Counted from the first letter of the stretch, positions 18,823 to 35,054 are shown. The stretch: DNA of 64,000 bases from an uncultured delta proteobacterium (GCA_963716725.1 CAVQUB010000002.1:256001-320000), one strand, 5' to 3'. Notes: generated by a model not told the origin, from the sequence alone. Program-made: numbers and translations.

Positions 18823-20685
18823 TCAGCGCGATGGGGGTCGAGTGAACAGGCTCGCTTCGAATGCAAAGCCGCGCGCCGAGAGCTCGTCCGCGATCTTGGG
18901 CACCGAACCCGAGGGGCTGAAGGTTCCCTCGACGGCGCCGCCGGCCGCGGTGCGCTCCACCGCGAAGGTGAAGACATCGCTCAGCTCGACCTCATCGGCG
19001 GCGGCTCCGGCGATCTCGGCCACCCGCAAGACTCGGAGACGTCCGTCGCGCAACCGTCCCACTTCGACCACCACGTCAAAGCTGGATGCGATGAGCTCGC
19101 GCGCCGCAGGAACGCCGCCATCGGTGCGGGACCGCGCCACGTCGGCCGACAGACGGCCCAGGGCTCGTCGCGCGTTCGCAGCGTAGACGCTGGCGACGAC
19201 GCCCGACACACCGTCCCCGATGACGTCGACGACCGTAGCGGTGAGCGCGGAGTTGGCGAGCTCGACGACGAGGCGAGCCCCCGGCACTCGCGCCGCGATT
19301 GCCAAGGTTTGCGCGGACTCGTCGCCCTGCGCCAGGGAGAGACGGGTCACGCCCTCGGCAGCCGGTGACACGTCGTCGACGTCGAACAATACCACCTGGC
19401 GCGAGTCGGTCTGCGCCGCGGCGATGGCGGCGACCACCGCGCTGGTGCCCAAGTCTCGCGGACCCGACACCAACACGTTCAGTCGCGCAGCCACACAGTG
19501 CCCGAGGAAGGTGGCGATGGCCCGGGAGATAGTGCCGCCGCGTACCAGCTCCTCGAAGGTCGCACCCACCCGGCGCACCTTCCGGATCACCAGCAGCCCG
19601 GTCGGGGCCCCGGGGCCGATCGCCGCGGACAGATGCGAGCCGTCCCGCAGCCGTCGCTCGACCGTCGTCTCGCCGTCGCCGAGGGGCTTGCCCGCCGCGC
19701 GACAGAGCCGCCGCACGACGCGGCGCAGGGCGTCTTCGGACGAGAACCCCGGCGTGATCGGCACGTGGCGACCGCCCTTTTGCGCCGAGACCGCGTCGAA
19801 GCGCGTCGCGACGATCTCGCTGACCGTGGAGTCCACCAAGAGCGGGCCGACGGGGCCGAGCTCGAAGAGCTCCGCGCGGGCTTCCTGCGAGAGCCGCCCC
19901 ACGTCGATGTCGTTGGGCAGGTCCCCCTGGCTGCGAAGCTCGTGGGCGCGTTCCTCGATCGACCGCTCGATGCGCCCCCGCGCCGTCTCGTCGATGATGC
20001 CGTCGAGCAGCGTGGGCTCCAGATCTTGAACGACGCGTCCCACCAGCGAGGCCAGAGCAGAGCGGTAGCTCCTGGTGGCACCGTCCGTCTCCGCCATCTG
20101 CCGCAGGTCGATGTCCGCGTGTGAAACGTCGATGACACTGGCGAGCGGGATCTTCTCGGAGGGGTGAACCTCCGACGGGACCTCGGGCCGCGGCGCAGAT
20201 GGCATACGCGGCGGTCCAGGAACCTCCGGGTACGCGCCGCTCGGTTCTTCGGGTTCGTTCTCGGGGAACGCGGTCGCTCCGGACTCGCTGCCAGCCGCCC
20301 GCACCGCAGCGGGAACTGGGCCGCTGCCAGTCTGCTCGCCGCTGGTGGACGGCTCGCTGGTGCCGTCCGGCATCTCTATGCGCAGGACGAAGTCACCGAT
20401 GTAGATCCGATCACCTTCGCGCACGATCGTCGCCTGGGATATCCGGCGACGATTGACGTAGGTGCCGTTGGTGCTGTTGAGGTCGGTGACGATGAAGCGC
20501 GAGTCGCGGAAGATCAGCCGCGCGTGGCGCTTGCTGACGTTGCCCTTGGGCAACATCAGATCATTGCCCTGAACGCGGCCGACGCTGATTTCGGGGCGCT
20601 CGAACACCTCGCGGCGTTCAGCACCCCCCTTCTCGCTGATCACGATGGCGAACAAAGACCCACTCGATGGCGTAGGGGAGATCAC
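18823..20685 (-). CDS. FHA domain fused to a degenerate CpaF/TadA-like secretion ATPase domain
   Basis: FHA motifs GRVQGND..VSKRHA..STNGTYVN. TadA scaffold (GPLLVDSTVSEI, RLRDGS, IRKV, NVLVSG) is present but Walker A reads GPRDLGTS and Walker B/His box are absent. Confidence 0.75.
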   Translation of the reverse strand: MISPTPSSGSLFAIVISEKGGAERREVFERPEISVGRVQGNDLMLPKGNVSKRHARLIFRDSRFIVTDLNSTNGTYVNRRRISQATIVREGDRIYIGDFVLRIEMPDGTSEPSTSGEQTGSGPVPAAVRAAGSESGATAFPENEPEEPSGAYPEVPGPPRMPSAPRPEVPSEVHPSEKIPLASVIDVSHADIDLRQMAETDGATRSYRSALASLVGRVVQDLEPTLLDGIIDETARGRIERSIEERAHELRSQGDLPNDIDVGRLSQEARAELFELGPVGPLLVDSTVSEIVATRFDAVSAQKGGRHVPITPGFSSEDALRRVVRRLCRAAGKPLGDGETTVERRLRDGSHLSAAIGPGAPTGLLVIRKVRRVGATFEELVRGGTISRAIATFLGHCVAARLNVLVSGPRDLGTSAVVAAIAAAQTDSRQVVLFDVDDVSPAAEGVTRLSLAQGDESAQTLAIAARVPGARLVVELANSALTATVVDVIGDGVSGVVASVYAANARRALGRLSADVARSRTDGGVPAARELIASSFDVVVEVGRLRDGRLRVLRVAEIAGAAADEVELSDVFTFAVERTAAGGAVEGTFSPSGSVPKIADELSARGFAFEASLFTRPPSR

Positions 20686-20787
20686 AAGCGGCCCGATAGA
20701 TCTGCCGAAATCCCCGGGGACCTGTCAATCACGAGCCGCCGGGGGCCACGATTATTGCAGATTCCGACGCTGAGGGACGTTTTCTCG

Positions 20788-20976
20788 TCAGGGCTCGGTC
20801 GGCCCGGACTGACCCCGGACCTCGGTGGTCACCAGGGACAGCAGTTCGCCGGCCAAAGCCATCACGTCCCGCTCGGAGAACCCGCTGCCGCGAAGCTCGC
20901 GGTAGATGGTCTTGGCGAGGATCCGCGCGGCGCGGGGGTCATTGGGGGCGGGACTGCTCTCGAACGGAAGTGCCAT
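20788..20976 (-). CDS. Small (62 aa) helical protein of myxobacterial type
   Basis: DPRAARILAKTIYRELRGSGFSERDVMALAGELLSLVT: amphipathic helices, good codon usage. Confidence 0.7.
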   Translation of the reverse strand: MALPFESSPAPNDPRAARILAKTIYRELRGSGFSERDVMALAGELLSLVTTEVRGQSGPTEP

Positions 20977-21021
20977 CTGGATGAACCACTCTGGGGGGAT
21001 GCGTCTACGACCCCTGCACTA

Positions 21022-21037
21022 TGAAAGATTGGTGCCA
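21022..21037 (-). promoter_or_regulatory. Candidate sigma54 (-24/-12) promoter for the 62-aa gene
   Basis: Minus strand reads TGGCACCAATCTTTCA against the consensus TGGCACN5TTGCA (one mismatch at -12), 45 nt upstream of the ATG. Confidence 0.45.
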
Positions 21038-21167
21038 ACGACGATGGGGCGTACCAGAGCCCGTATACCCTTCCGATCGTCGCTGAGTGACGCGCCGCCC
21101 GCATACCGGCCTTCGCAGTAGGGCGCGAAGGCCACGCAGCGGCGCGAGTCGACCGAAGCGCACTGGT

Positions 21168-21530
21168 TCAACCGGAAAACGCGCTTGGCTCTGGATAACT
21201 GGTGACCAGCCGCTTGGCCGGCCGCTCGACCCCGGTGAGCAGGCTGGTCACCAGCTCCCGCCCGTCGTCCCCGAAGTAGAGCGCCTCGCCGACGTCGGGA
21301 GCGCCGGAGTCCGGGATGGCCACTCCGTTGGGCTGGAACCGAACCCGGCCGGTCAGCTTGCGCTGGAGCGCCAAGTGGGCCGGCAGCCAGGTCTCCGAAC
21401 GCCGGTCGCGCACGGCCACGCAGACCCCGTCTCGGAAGTGGTACTCGGTGTTCTTGGTCACGAACATCCGGTGGCGGCGGCGCTCAGTCGTCCGGGCGCC
21501 AAGGCGGTCTTTGGAAGCGTGCTGACTCAT
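21168..21530 (-). CDS. Hypothetical protein (120 aa)
   Basis: Protein-like sequence RRRHRMFVTKNTEYHFRDGVCVAVRDRR; AGGAG RBS upstream on the minus strand. Confidence 0.7.
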   Translation of the reverse strand: MSQHASKDRLGARTTERRRHRMFVTKNTEYHFRDGVCVAVRDRRSETWLPAHLALQRKLTGRVRFQPNGVAIPDSGAPDVGEALYFGDDGRELVTSLLTGVERPAKRLVTSYPEPSAFSG

Positions 21531-21668
21531 GAGGGGCTCCTGTTGCTGTCGACCCCGCGAGGCTGTCAGCGTGACGCCGCGCCGGCCAAGTTTCGGCGCG
21601 CCTTCCGCAAGCGCTTCGCTAACACCAACAACTTAGTCAGAGCGGCCTGCACCCCGTACCATTTGCTC

Positions 21669-22116
21669 GTGCAACGGCGCTCGCGCGGCCCTGGGCTACG
21701 CAAGACCACCGCTCTCCCGGTGGTGCGGCGTCGTTCCGTCGAACTCTGGCAGAGCACCGACTATCATTGGCGCCAGCTCTTCGAATCAGCCGACGTGATG
21801 AGCGAGGGCGCCAACGCGTTCGGAGCCCGACGGCCCCGTCTACTACGGCTCGACGAGCCTGCTCCTGACCGTCACGTCGCAGGGCGGGCTCGTTCCCGAC
21901 GACGATCTCGAGCGTCTGCTCGCGCTCTTGCCCTACGACCCCCATGCGCGGCTGCGGGCGGTTCGGGTGGCTTGTCTCGAAGCCCAGCTGCGTTCGGGCG
22001 GCTCCTTGGGCCGCGTGCGCGCCGAGGTCAGTGTGAAACGGGACCCACGCGGCGCGCGCGTCGATATCGACGTCGAAGCCGACGTGCACGCGTTGGGCGC
22101 CGTCACGTCGGGGTAG
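21669..22116 (+). CDS. Hypothetical protein (one apparent frameshift near 21820)
   Basis: LPVVRRRSVELWQSTDYHWRQLFESADVMSEGA continues in another frame as EPDGPVYYGSTSLLL..DPHARLRAVRVACLEAQLR..VDIDVEA. Confidence 0.55.
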
Positions 22117-22284
22117 CCTCGGCGCTATCTCGACACGGAGGTCAAGCCCTCCGATCCGAAGCGCAACGGTGGCAGAAGCACGCCAGAAATCCGCAATGGA
22201 GTCGCCAGCACGCAGGGATCACTTGACAGCACTGCGGCTGAGGAAGAATTGAGATGCTTACCGCGCCTTGCGCGAGACCACCGC

Positions 22285-23286
22285 ATGAGCATAAAGCGCA
22301 AAAAGCGACGCGACGACAAGGTCATCCATGTCGTCTTCGGTCCGGGAGGCGGCCGCGTCCAAACCAAGCAGCGACGCGCCCCCAGCGAGAAACGCGACGC
22401 GGCCGCGCCGAGCCGGGAGCCGCTGACCGACCTGTTCACCCAGAGTGAGATCGCACGCCTCCTCACCATCTCGCCCGCTCGCTTGCGCACCCTGGACAAG
22501 ACCGGCGTGGTGACGCCCACGGGGCGACGGCGGGGTCGCCGGGCCTACACCTTCTCGGATCTGATCGCGCTGCGGACGGCGGCAGCGCTGTTGGAGCAGA
22601 ACGTGCGACTGCGTGACGTGACCCGTGCGGTGGGCGCGCTCAAGCGAACGCTGCCGCGAGTCGCGCGTCCGCTGGCGGAGCTGCGCATCGTGTCCGACGG
22701 TCAGCGCGTGGTGGTTCGGAGCCACGACGGCGCATTCGAACCGTTGACGGGGCAGATGGTTCTCGACTTCGAGGTGAAATCTCTCCGCGACGACGTGGTG
22801 CGGGTGCTTCGCCCCTCCGCCGGCCGGGAGCGATCACGCACGGCCTACGAGCTGTACCTGCGCGCGAGCCAACTCGACGAAGATCCATCGACCATGGATC
22901 AGGCGGAGGCTCTCTACCTGCAGGCGATAGAGCTCGACCCGTGGCTGGCCATTGCCTACACGAACCTCGGCAACGTTCGCTTCCGGCGCAGCGACGCCGA
23001 AGCTGCAGAAGTGCTCTATCGCCGCGCCCTCGAAATCGATGGGCGCCAGCCCGAGGCCCAGTACAACCTGGGCTACGTCATGCTCGAGCGGGGCCTGCCG
23101 GAGCTCAGCATCCCGCTCTTTCACGGCGCGCTCGAGAGCGACGCCAACTTCGCCGACGCCTACTTCAACCTGGCGATGGCCTACGAGCAGGTGGGCGAAA
23201 CCGGCAAGGCTCGTCCATATTGGAAGAGCTACATCTCCCTCGAGCCCCAGGGCACCTGGACCGAGATCGCCAAGCGCCACCTGTAG
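22285..23286 (+). CDS. MerR-like HTH plus tetratricopeptide-repeat protein
   Basis: FTQSEIARLLTISPARLRTLDKTGVVTP..YTFSDLIALR (MerR HTH); three TPRs (AYTNLG, AQYNLG, AYFNLA). Confidence 0.85.
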   Translation: MSIKRKKRRDDKVIHVVFGPGGGRVQTKQRRAPSEKRDAAAPSREPLTDLFTQSEIARLLTISPARLRTLDKTGVVTPTGRRRGRRAYTFSDLIALRTAAALLEQNVRLRDVTRAVGALKRTLPRVARPLAELRIVSDGQRVVVRSHDGAFEPLTGQMVLDFEVKSLRDDVVRVLRPSAGRERSRTAYELYLRASQLDEDPSTMDQAEALYLQAIELDPWLAIAYTNLGNVRFRRSDAEAAEVLYRRALEIDGRQPEAQYNLGYVMLERGLPELSIPLFHGALESDANFADAYFNLAMAYEQVGETGKARPYWKSYISLEPQGTWTEIAKRHL

Positions 23287-23309
23287 CCTCGGCCTGGGAC
23301 CGCCCGCCG

Positions 23310-24148
23310 CTAGCCGAGCACGCGGTGCCTCAGGCTCGGGAGATTCGCCCTCACCCGCGCGAGCACCTGCGGATCCAACTCGGCGAGCGCGACGCCCGCG
23401 CCGTCGGAGGCCTCGGCGATGACCGTGCCCCAAGGATCGGCCACCAAGGAGTGACCGTAGGTCGTGCGTCCCTTGGGGTGAGACCCCCACTGCGCCGCGG
23501 CGACCACGAAGCACTGTGCCTCGATGGCTCGCGCGCGCAGCAGCACGTGCCAGTGATCCTTGCCCGTCAAGAGCGTGAAGGCCGCGGGCACCAGCAGCAC
23601 CTCGGCGCCGCGATCGGCGAGCGCGCGATACAGCTCGGGGAAGCGCAGGTCGTAGCAGATGCTGAGACCGAGCTTGTACCCGAGCACGTCCACCACCACC
23701 GGCTCGCGCCCGGCGGTGGTGGCCACCGACTCGCTGATCTCGCTGCCGTCGGGCAAGCGCACGTCGAAGAGGTGGATCTTGCGGTAGCTGCCCAGGAGTT
23801 CGCCTCTGGATCCGATACACAGCGCAGAGTGTTGAAGGGGCGCTCTGGATCGCCGCTCTGCTCGGGAAAGCCACCGGCGACGAGCACCACCTTGCTGTCG
23901 CGCGCCATCTCGGAGAGCGCGCGCTGGATCGGCGCCGCGCCCTCACCCAGCTCCTCGGCCAGGCTCCGCTTGTCGGCCTCGGGGCCCATGAACGCGAAGT
24001 TCTCGGGCAGGAGCACCACCTGGGCGCCGCGCTGGGCCGCGTGGCGTACCCAGTGCCCGCAGCGCTCGAGGTTGTCGCCCACCTCTTCCTGGCTCTGGAG
24101 TTGCACCGCGGCGATTCGCAGCGGCTCCCTCGCGTTGGTCCCGGTCAT
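23310..24148 (-). CDS. Carbon-nitrogen hydrolase (Nit1 / deaminated-glutathione amidase-like), frameshifted near 23800-23830
   Basis: [53 protein letters not shown]. Confidence 0.88.
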
Positions 24149-24261
24149 CGCGCCCGAGCATAGCCGCGTCGGGTCGGGCGGATGGCACGAAACCGGGGCC
24201 GGCGCGCTCCAGGCTGGTTTCGCCGTCCAAGGGTCGGTACGCTCGCCTTCGAGTCCGCGCC

Positions 24262-25686
24262 ATGAGCGAAAAGACCACGGGAGCAATGGCCGAATTCGGC
24301 ACGCCCCCCTCACCCAACCGAGGCGGACCGGTAGCCGGCCTCGTCCTGCTCTACGCGGAGAGCTACGCGGAGCTTCCCCCGGTGTGGCTCCTCGACAAAG
24401 ACCACATGCGCATCGGCCGGGACGAGGGCACCGACATCCGCATGGGCGTCAACGCGGTGTCCCGGGTGCACGCGGAGCTCGATTGGACCAACGGCGCGTG
24501 GGTGCTCCGCGACTGCGGCAGCCGAAATGGAACCCTGGTAGACGGTCGGCGCATCGACGTCGTGGAACTCGAGCCATCGAACGAAGTCCGGATCGGCGAC
24601 GCGATCTTGAAGTTCGTGGACAAACACGCCGAAGCCCACGCCGACTACCGCATCGACGGCGCAATGGTGCCCTCCGCGGAGCGTCGGGGCCCGAGCGACG
24701 GCGCGCTGATCGGCGGCTATCAGATCGATCGCATCGCGGCAGATCTCGGCCGAATCGCTCCCACGCCCCTGAGCGTGATGCTCTTGGGCGAGAGCGGGAC
24801 CGGCAAGGAGGTCGTGGCACGCGAGCTGCATCGCCTGAGCGGGCGGCGCGGGACCTTTGCCGCCGTGAACTGCGCCGCCATCCCCGCGACCCTGCTCGAG
24901 AGCGAGCTCTTCGGCTACAAGCGTGGCGCGTTCTCCGGCGCGGATCGCGACAAGCCCGGCCTGATCAGCAGCGCGCACGACGGCACGCTCCTGCTCGACG
25001 AGATCGGCGACATGCCGCTCGACGCGCAGGCGAAGCTGCTGCGCGTGTTGCAGGCGAAAGAAGTGTTCCCGCTCGGCGCCACCGCTCCCGAACGCGTCGA
25101 CGTGCGCGTCGTCTGCGCGACGCACCGCGACCTGTGGCGACTCCAGCAAGGAGGCGCCTTCCGTCAGGACCTGTTCGCACGACTCAACGAGTACCAGCTG
25201 CGCCTGCCCGCGCTGCGCGATCGCAAAGAAGACATCTTCATGTTGGTGCGCGCATTCTTGGCTCGCCACGGCCGGCCCGAGCTGACTCCGTCGTTCGGGT
25301 TCATGACCGCAGCCCTTCAGTACGACTGGCCGTACAACGTGCGCGAGCTCGAGGCCTGCATGAAGCGCTGCGTGGCGCTGAGCGAGTCGACGGTGCTCGG
25401 CGACCAGCTCTTGCCCGCGCCGGTGATCGAGTCCATGGAGGACTACGGGGGAGCGCTGAAGGCCGGCGGCGCGCCGAGTTCCGACAGCTTGCCACCGGCA
25501 GCGGCCAGCGCTCCGGCGGCGCCCCGGGGACAGATCCCCACCGACGTCGAACTCCGCGCCCTGCTCGAGCAGCACCAGGGCAACGTGGCGGCGGTGGGAC
25601 GCCAACTCGGCAAAGCTCGCATGCAGGTCCACCGTTGGATGAAGCGTTACGGGATCCAGGTCGACGACTTTCGTCGCACGACCTGA
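24262..25686 (+). CDS. FHA-domain sigma54-dependent enhancer-binding protein
   Basis: FHA (IGR..VSRVHA..GSRNGT), [36 protein letters not shown]-terminal Fis-type HTH. Confidence 0.93.
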   Translation: MSEKTTGAMAEFGTPPSPNRGGPVAGLVLLYAESYAELPPVWLLDKDHMRIGRDEGTDIRMGVNAVSRVHAELDWTNGAWVLRDCGSRNGTLVDGRRIDVVELEPSNEVRIGDAILKFVDKHAEAHADYRIDGAMVPSAERRGPSDGALIGGYQIDRIAADLGRIAPTPLSVMLLGESGTGKEVVARELHRLSGRRGTFAAVNCAAIPATLLESELFGYKRGAFSGADRDKPGLISSAHDGTLLLDEIGDMPLDAQAKLLRVLQAKEVFPLGATAPERVDVRVVCATHRDLWRLQQGGAFRQDLFARLNEYQLRLPALRDRKEDIFMLVRAFLARHGRPELTPSFGFMTAALQYDWPYNVRELEACMKRCVALSESTVLGDQLLPAPVIESMEDYGGALKAGGAPSSDSLPPAAASAPAAPRGQIPTDVELRALLEQHQGNVAAVGRQLGKARMQVHRWMKRYGIQVDDFRRTT

Positions 25687-25687
25687 G

Positions 25688-26386
25688 TCAGGGGCACGCA
25701 TCGGCGCCGCTCGCGCCCACAATGGCGCAAGCGCGCGGGGCCTCGACGCAGGCTCCGTCCACGCAGGCGCGGACCAAGTAGCGGGCGCGCCCGTCCGGAC
25801 ACACGCAGCAACTCTGACTGCATACGGACGCCGCCGTGCACGCAGCGCCGACCGGCGCGCGAGGGGCCACGCTGGGGCACGGGTCGCAGCCCGCACGCAC
25901 GACCTCCGCCAAGAGCGCAGCTCCACCAGCGTCGCGATCGACCAGGCTGACGACGCCCGCGTGGCGGCAGGGCGCGCGGCAGCGCTCGAGGGCAGCGTGC
26001 TCCGCCGAACACTTCGCGAGCCCCTCGCCTCGCTCGAGGCATAGCGGCGCGCTGCAAGCCGCGCTGCAGTCCAGCCGCTGACCCGCCACGCACCCAAGGT
26101 AGGCTCGCCGCTCCCGCTCGCAGCCCGCCCGAGTCGCGCTCCGGCTCTCGACCACGCAGTGCTCGACGCACGCGCTCAGGTCCCGGGGCCTGGAGCCATC
26201 GCGGTCGCAGCCGCTCCCGGTCAGGACGGCGCAGGCCTCGCCGCAACGCTCCGTCGACCCGGCGGGGTCCTGCCGAGCCGCCGGGTTCGAGCGGCAGCCG
26301 GGGGCGACGACCGCCGCCAGGACGGCCCACGCGAACCCGATCCGTCGAGCGCGGCGGCTGGGGCAGGGCGGAGGGGGTGAGGGCAT
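25688..26386 (-). CDS. Cys-rich exported protein or lipoprotein
   Basis: Basic and hydrophobic N-terminus ending VVAPGC; more than 20 Cys in about 230 aa. Confidence 0.6.
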   Translation of the reverse strand: MPSPPPPCPSRRARRIGFAWAVLAAVVAPGCRSNPAARQDPAGSTERCGEACAVLTGSGCDRDGSRPRDLSACVEHCVVESRSATRAGCERERRAYLGCVAGQRLDCSAACSAPLCLERGEGLAKCSAEHAALERCRAPCRHAGVVSLVDRDAGGAALLAEVVRAGCDPCPSVAPRAPVGAACTAASVCSQSCCVCPDGRARYLVRACVDGACVEAPRACAIVGASGADACP

Positions 26387-26504
26387 TTGCGCGGCTTTTC
26401 GGGACAACTTGAGACGGAACTCATCCTAGGCTACCCGGACGCTCGCGATTTCGAGTAGATGGCTCGCCAGGTTGAGCGGCCAGCCGCTCCTTTTTCGGCC
26501 CTCG

Positions 26505-29188
<2,684 letters not shown>

Positions 29189-29206
29189 CGGGACGAGGCA
29201 ACTCCG

Positions 29207-32417
<3,211 letters not shown>

Positions 32418-32446
32418 ACGGGCGCGCTGGAAAGGTTTTGGTCGCG

Positions 32447-33199
32447 ATGTCGCCAGCGCCGCGCACGCGAAAGAAGGCTCCTCGCACGGATCGCTCGAAG
32501 TCAGGTGCCGCCAAAGGGGTGGTGCCCGCGTTCGATCTGCTCTGTCGCCAGCATCCCGACGCGCACTGCGAGCTCGAACACGCCGATCCCTTCCAACTCG
32601 TGGTGGCCACGGTGCTCTCGGCCCAAGCCACCGACGTCGGCGTCAACAAGGTCACGCCCGAGCTGTTCCGGCGCTGGCCCAACCCGGCGGCGCTGGCCGG
32701 CGCCAAACCCGCCGAGGTCGAGCAGGTGATCGGCAGCCTGGGCTTCTTCCGTCAGAAGACCAAGAGCATCACCGGCCTCGCGCAGCGCTTGATGGCCGAT
32801 CACGGCGGCCAAGTGCCACGCACGCTGACCGAGCTGACCCAGTTGCCCGGTGTCGGACGAAAAACGGCCAACGTCGTGCTCGGCGTGGCCTTCGGCGCGC
32901 CCGAGGGGGTGGTGGTCGACACCCACGTGCTCCGGCTCTCGCAGCGCCTGGGCTGGAGCAAGCACGACACGCCCGAGAAGGTCGAGCTCGACTTGATGCA
33001 GCTCTTGCCGCGTGAGCACTGGGACCGCGTCTCGCACACGCTGATCTTCCACGGTCGGCGTGTCTGCTCGGCGCGCAAGCCAGCGTGCGCGGCCTGCAGC
33101 GTCAGCGAGCTGTGCCCGAGCGCGTTCGCGGCCGAAGCGGTCGGTCGCAAACCGCCACGGGTGCGCGCCGACACCGGAAAGAAGCAGACCAAGAAATGA
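32447..33199 (+). CDS. nth: Endonuclease III
   Basis: LSAQATD, LPGVGRKTANVVL HhH, VDTHV, CSARKPACAACSVSELC 4Fe-4S motif. Confidence 0.95.
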   Translation: MSPAPRTRKKAPRTDRSKSGAAKGVVPAFDLLCRQHPDAHCELEHADPFQLVVATVLSAQATDVGVNKVTPELFRRWPNPAALAGAKPAEVEQVIGSLGFFRQKTKSITGLAQRLMADHGGQVPRTLTELTQLPGVGRKTANVVLGVAFGAPEGVVVDTHVLRLSQRLGWSKHDTPEKVELDLMQLLPREHWDRVSHTLIFHGRRVCSARKPACAACSVSELCPSAFAAEAVGRKPPRVRADTGKKQTKK

Positions 33200-34435
33200 C
33201 GACCGTCGCCCGCATCGAGCTGTTCCACGTCGCGGTCCCGCTGCCGGCCACCTTTCGGCCCAGCTGGATCCCCGGATTCCCGCAGAATGAGAACCGGTTC
33301 ACGCTGGTCAGGATCACGACCGACGACGGCATCGAGGGATACAGCGCCGGGCCCAGCATGGGCCACGAACGCTCGGGGCTGGGCGAGTTGGTCGGCCCGT
33401 ACCTGATCGGCGCCGACGCCACCGACATCGATCTGGTGCAACAGCGCCTGCGAGAGATGAGCTACCTCGGGTGGCGCAACTGGTGGATCGAGCCCGCGTT
33501 CTGGGACATCTTGGGCAAGCTCGCGCACAAGCCCGTGTACGAGCTGCTGGGCGGCAAGTCTCGCGAGGTGTCGCTCTACGCTTCGACGGGCGAGGTGAAG
33601 GAACCCGGCGCGCGCATCGCCGAGGCCGAGGCTCGCCTGGCCGAGGGATTCTCCGCCATCAAGCTGCGCGTCCACGACTTCGATCCTGCCGTGGACGAGC
33701 GGCAGGTGGTCGAGACCGCCAAGGCCATGGGCGGCCGCATGAAGATCGGCGTGGACGTGAACCAGGCTTGGCGCGTGACGGCCATCGGCCCGGCGCCGCT
33801 CTGGGATCTCGCGCGCGCCAAGCGCTTCGCCGACGTCTGCGCTGATTCGGGCTTGGCGTGGGTCGAGGAGCCTCTGCCGATGGACGCCTACGACGACCTC
33901 TCCGAGCTCACGCGCGTACAGCCGCGTCCCCATCAGCGGCGCGGAGCTCCACACCCAAGGGCTGCCTGAGCTGCGCATGATGATCGAGCGACGCTGCTAC
34001 TCGATCTTCCAACCCGACGCGATCTTCACCGGTGGCATCGCGCAGACGTTGGAGGTCGCGCGACTCGCCAAGCAGGCCGGCCTGATCTACACGCCGCACA
34101 CCTGGACCAACGGCATCGGCTTCGCGGTGAACCTTCAGCTCTATCTGGCGACGGACTCCCAGAAGGAACTCGAGTATCCGCTGAACCCTCCAGGGTGGGT
34201 GCCGGAGGCTCGGGACGGCCTGCTCGAGACGGCATTCCTACACCGTCGGGGCAAGCTCGAGCCCCCGACCTTGCCCGGGCTCGGCTTCCGGATCGATCCG
34301 CGCGCGCTCGCTCGGCACGGCAAGCGCTTCTTCGTGATGGACAAGAAACGCCTGGTCTGGTTCTCGCTCCGCAGCCGAGGGCTCAAGGCGTCCCTCGAGA
34401 TCGACAAGGCCCGCAAGGCGGCGGCGCGCAGCTGA
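33196..34435 (+). CDS. Mandelate racemase / muconate lactonizing enzyme (enolase superfamily) protein, frameshift near 33915
   Basis: WDILGK..PVYELLGG, KLR, DVNQ, EEP, GAE, QPDA, HTW; ATGA overlap with nth. Confidence 0.85.
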
Positions 34436-34499
34436 CCGAGCACCGGCCCTCGGTGCCGCACCGGGTGCCGCTCTGCCACCAAGAGCTGAAAGGCCTCAC

Positions 34500-35054
34500 C
34501 TAGTCTCCCAGCAGCTTGCGCACCTTGTCGAGCAGCTCCTTCACCTTGAACGGCTTGACGATGTAACCGCGGGCGCCCACCTGGATGCCGTGCACGATGT
34601 CGGCCGGGGAGTCTCGAGCCGTGATGAACAAGATCGGAATGCGCCGGGCGCGGGGCACGAGCTTCAAGCGCTGCGCCACGCCAAAGCCGTCGAATCCCGG
34701 CATCATCACGTCGAGCAGCACCAGCTGCGGTGGGGGCTCCGCGGTCGCCTGCGCAAACGCTTGCGGACCGTCTTTCGCCCAGCTCACCTCGTAGTCGGGC
34801 TCCAACATCCGGACCAGCAACTTCGCGATGGCGGCATCGTCGTCGGCAACCACGATTCGCTTCCGCGGCGGCGGCGGCGGCGGTTTCTTGCTGACCGGCG
34901 ACCCCGGGGCCTTCGAGAGCCTCCTCGACGGACGCTTCGACGAGGTCGCCTTCGACGGGGTCGCCTTCGACGCCGAAGGCCTGGCCGGAGCTTTGGACGG
35001 CGTGCTCCTCGGGCGCAGCGACTTGCGACCCGGCGGCGCCTTCGAAGCTGGCAT
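34500..35054 (-). CDS. Single-domain response regulator with a Lys/Pro/Ser-rich N-terminal extension
   Basis: VADDD, LLDVMMPGFDG, FITAR, YIVKPF. Confidence 0.88.
   Translation of the reverse strand: MPASKAPPGRKSLRPRSTPSKAPARPSASKATPSKATSSKRPSRRLSKAPGSPVSKKPPPPPPRKRIVVADDDAAIAKLLVRMLEPDYEVSWAKDGPQAFAQATAEPPPQLVLLDVMMPGFDGFGVAQRLKLVPRARRIPILFITARDSPADIVHGIQVGARGYIVKPFKVKELLDKVRKLLGD

Noticed and set aside
24183..24198. Sigma54 promoter upstream of the FHA-EBP (TGGCACG)
   Set aside because: Good -24 element but no -12 TTGC element (it reads CGGGG).
22941..25781. 946-aa ORF on the + strand (likewise 44212-46797, 10454-12898 and other long ORFs)
   Set aside because: Arg/Ala/Gly-rich shadow frames overlapping well-supported genes, as expected in high-GC DNA.
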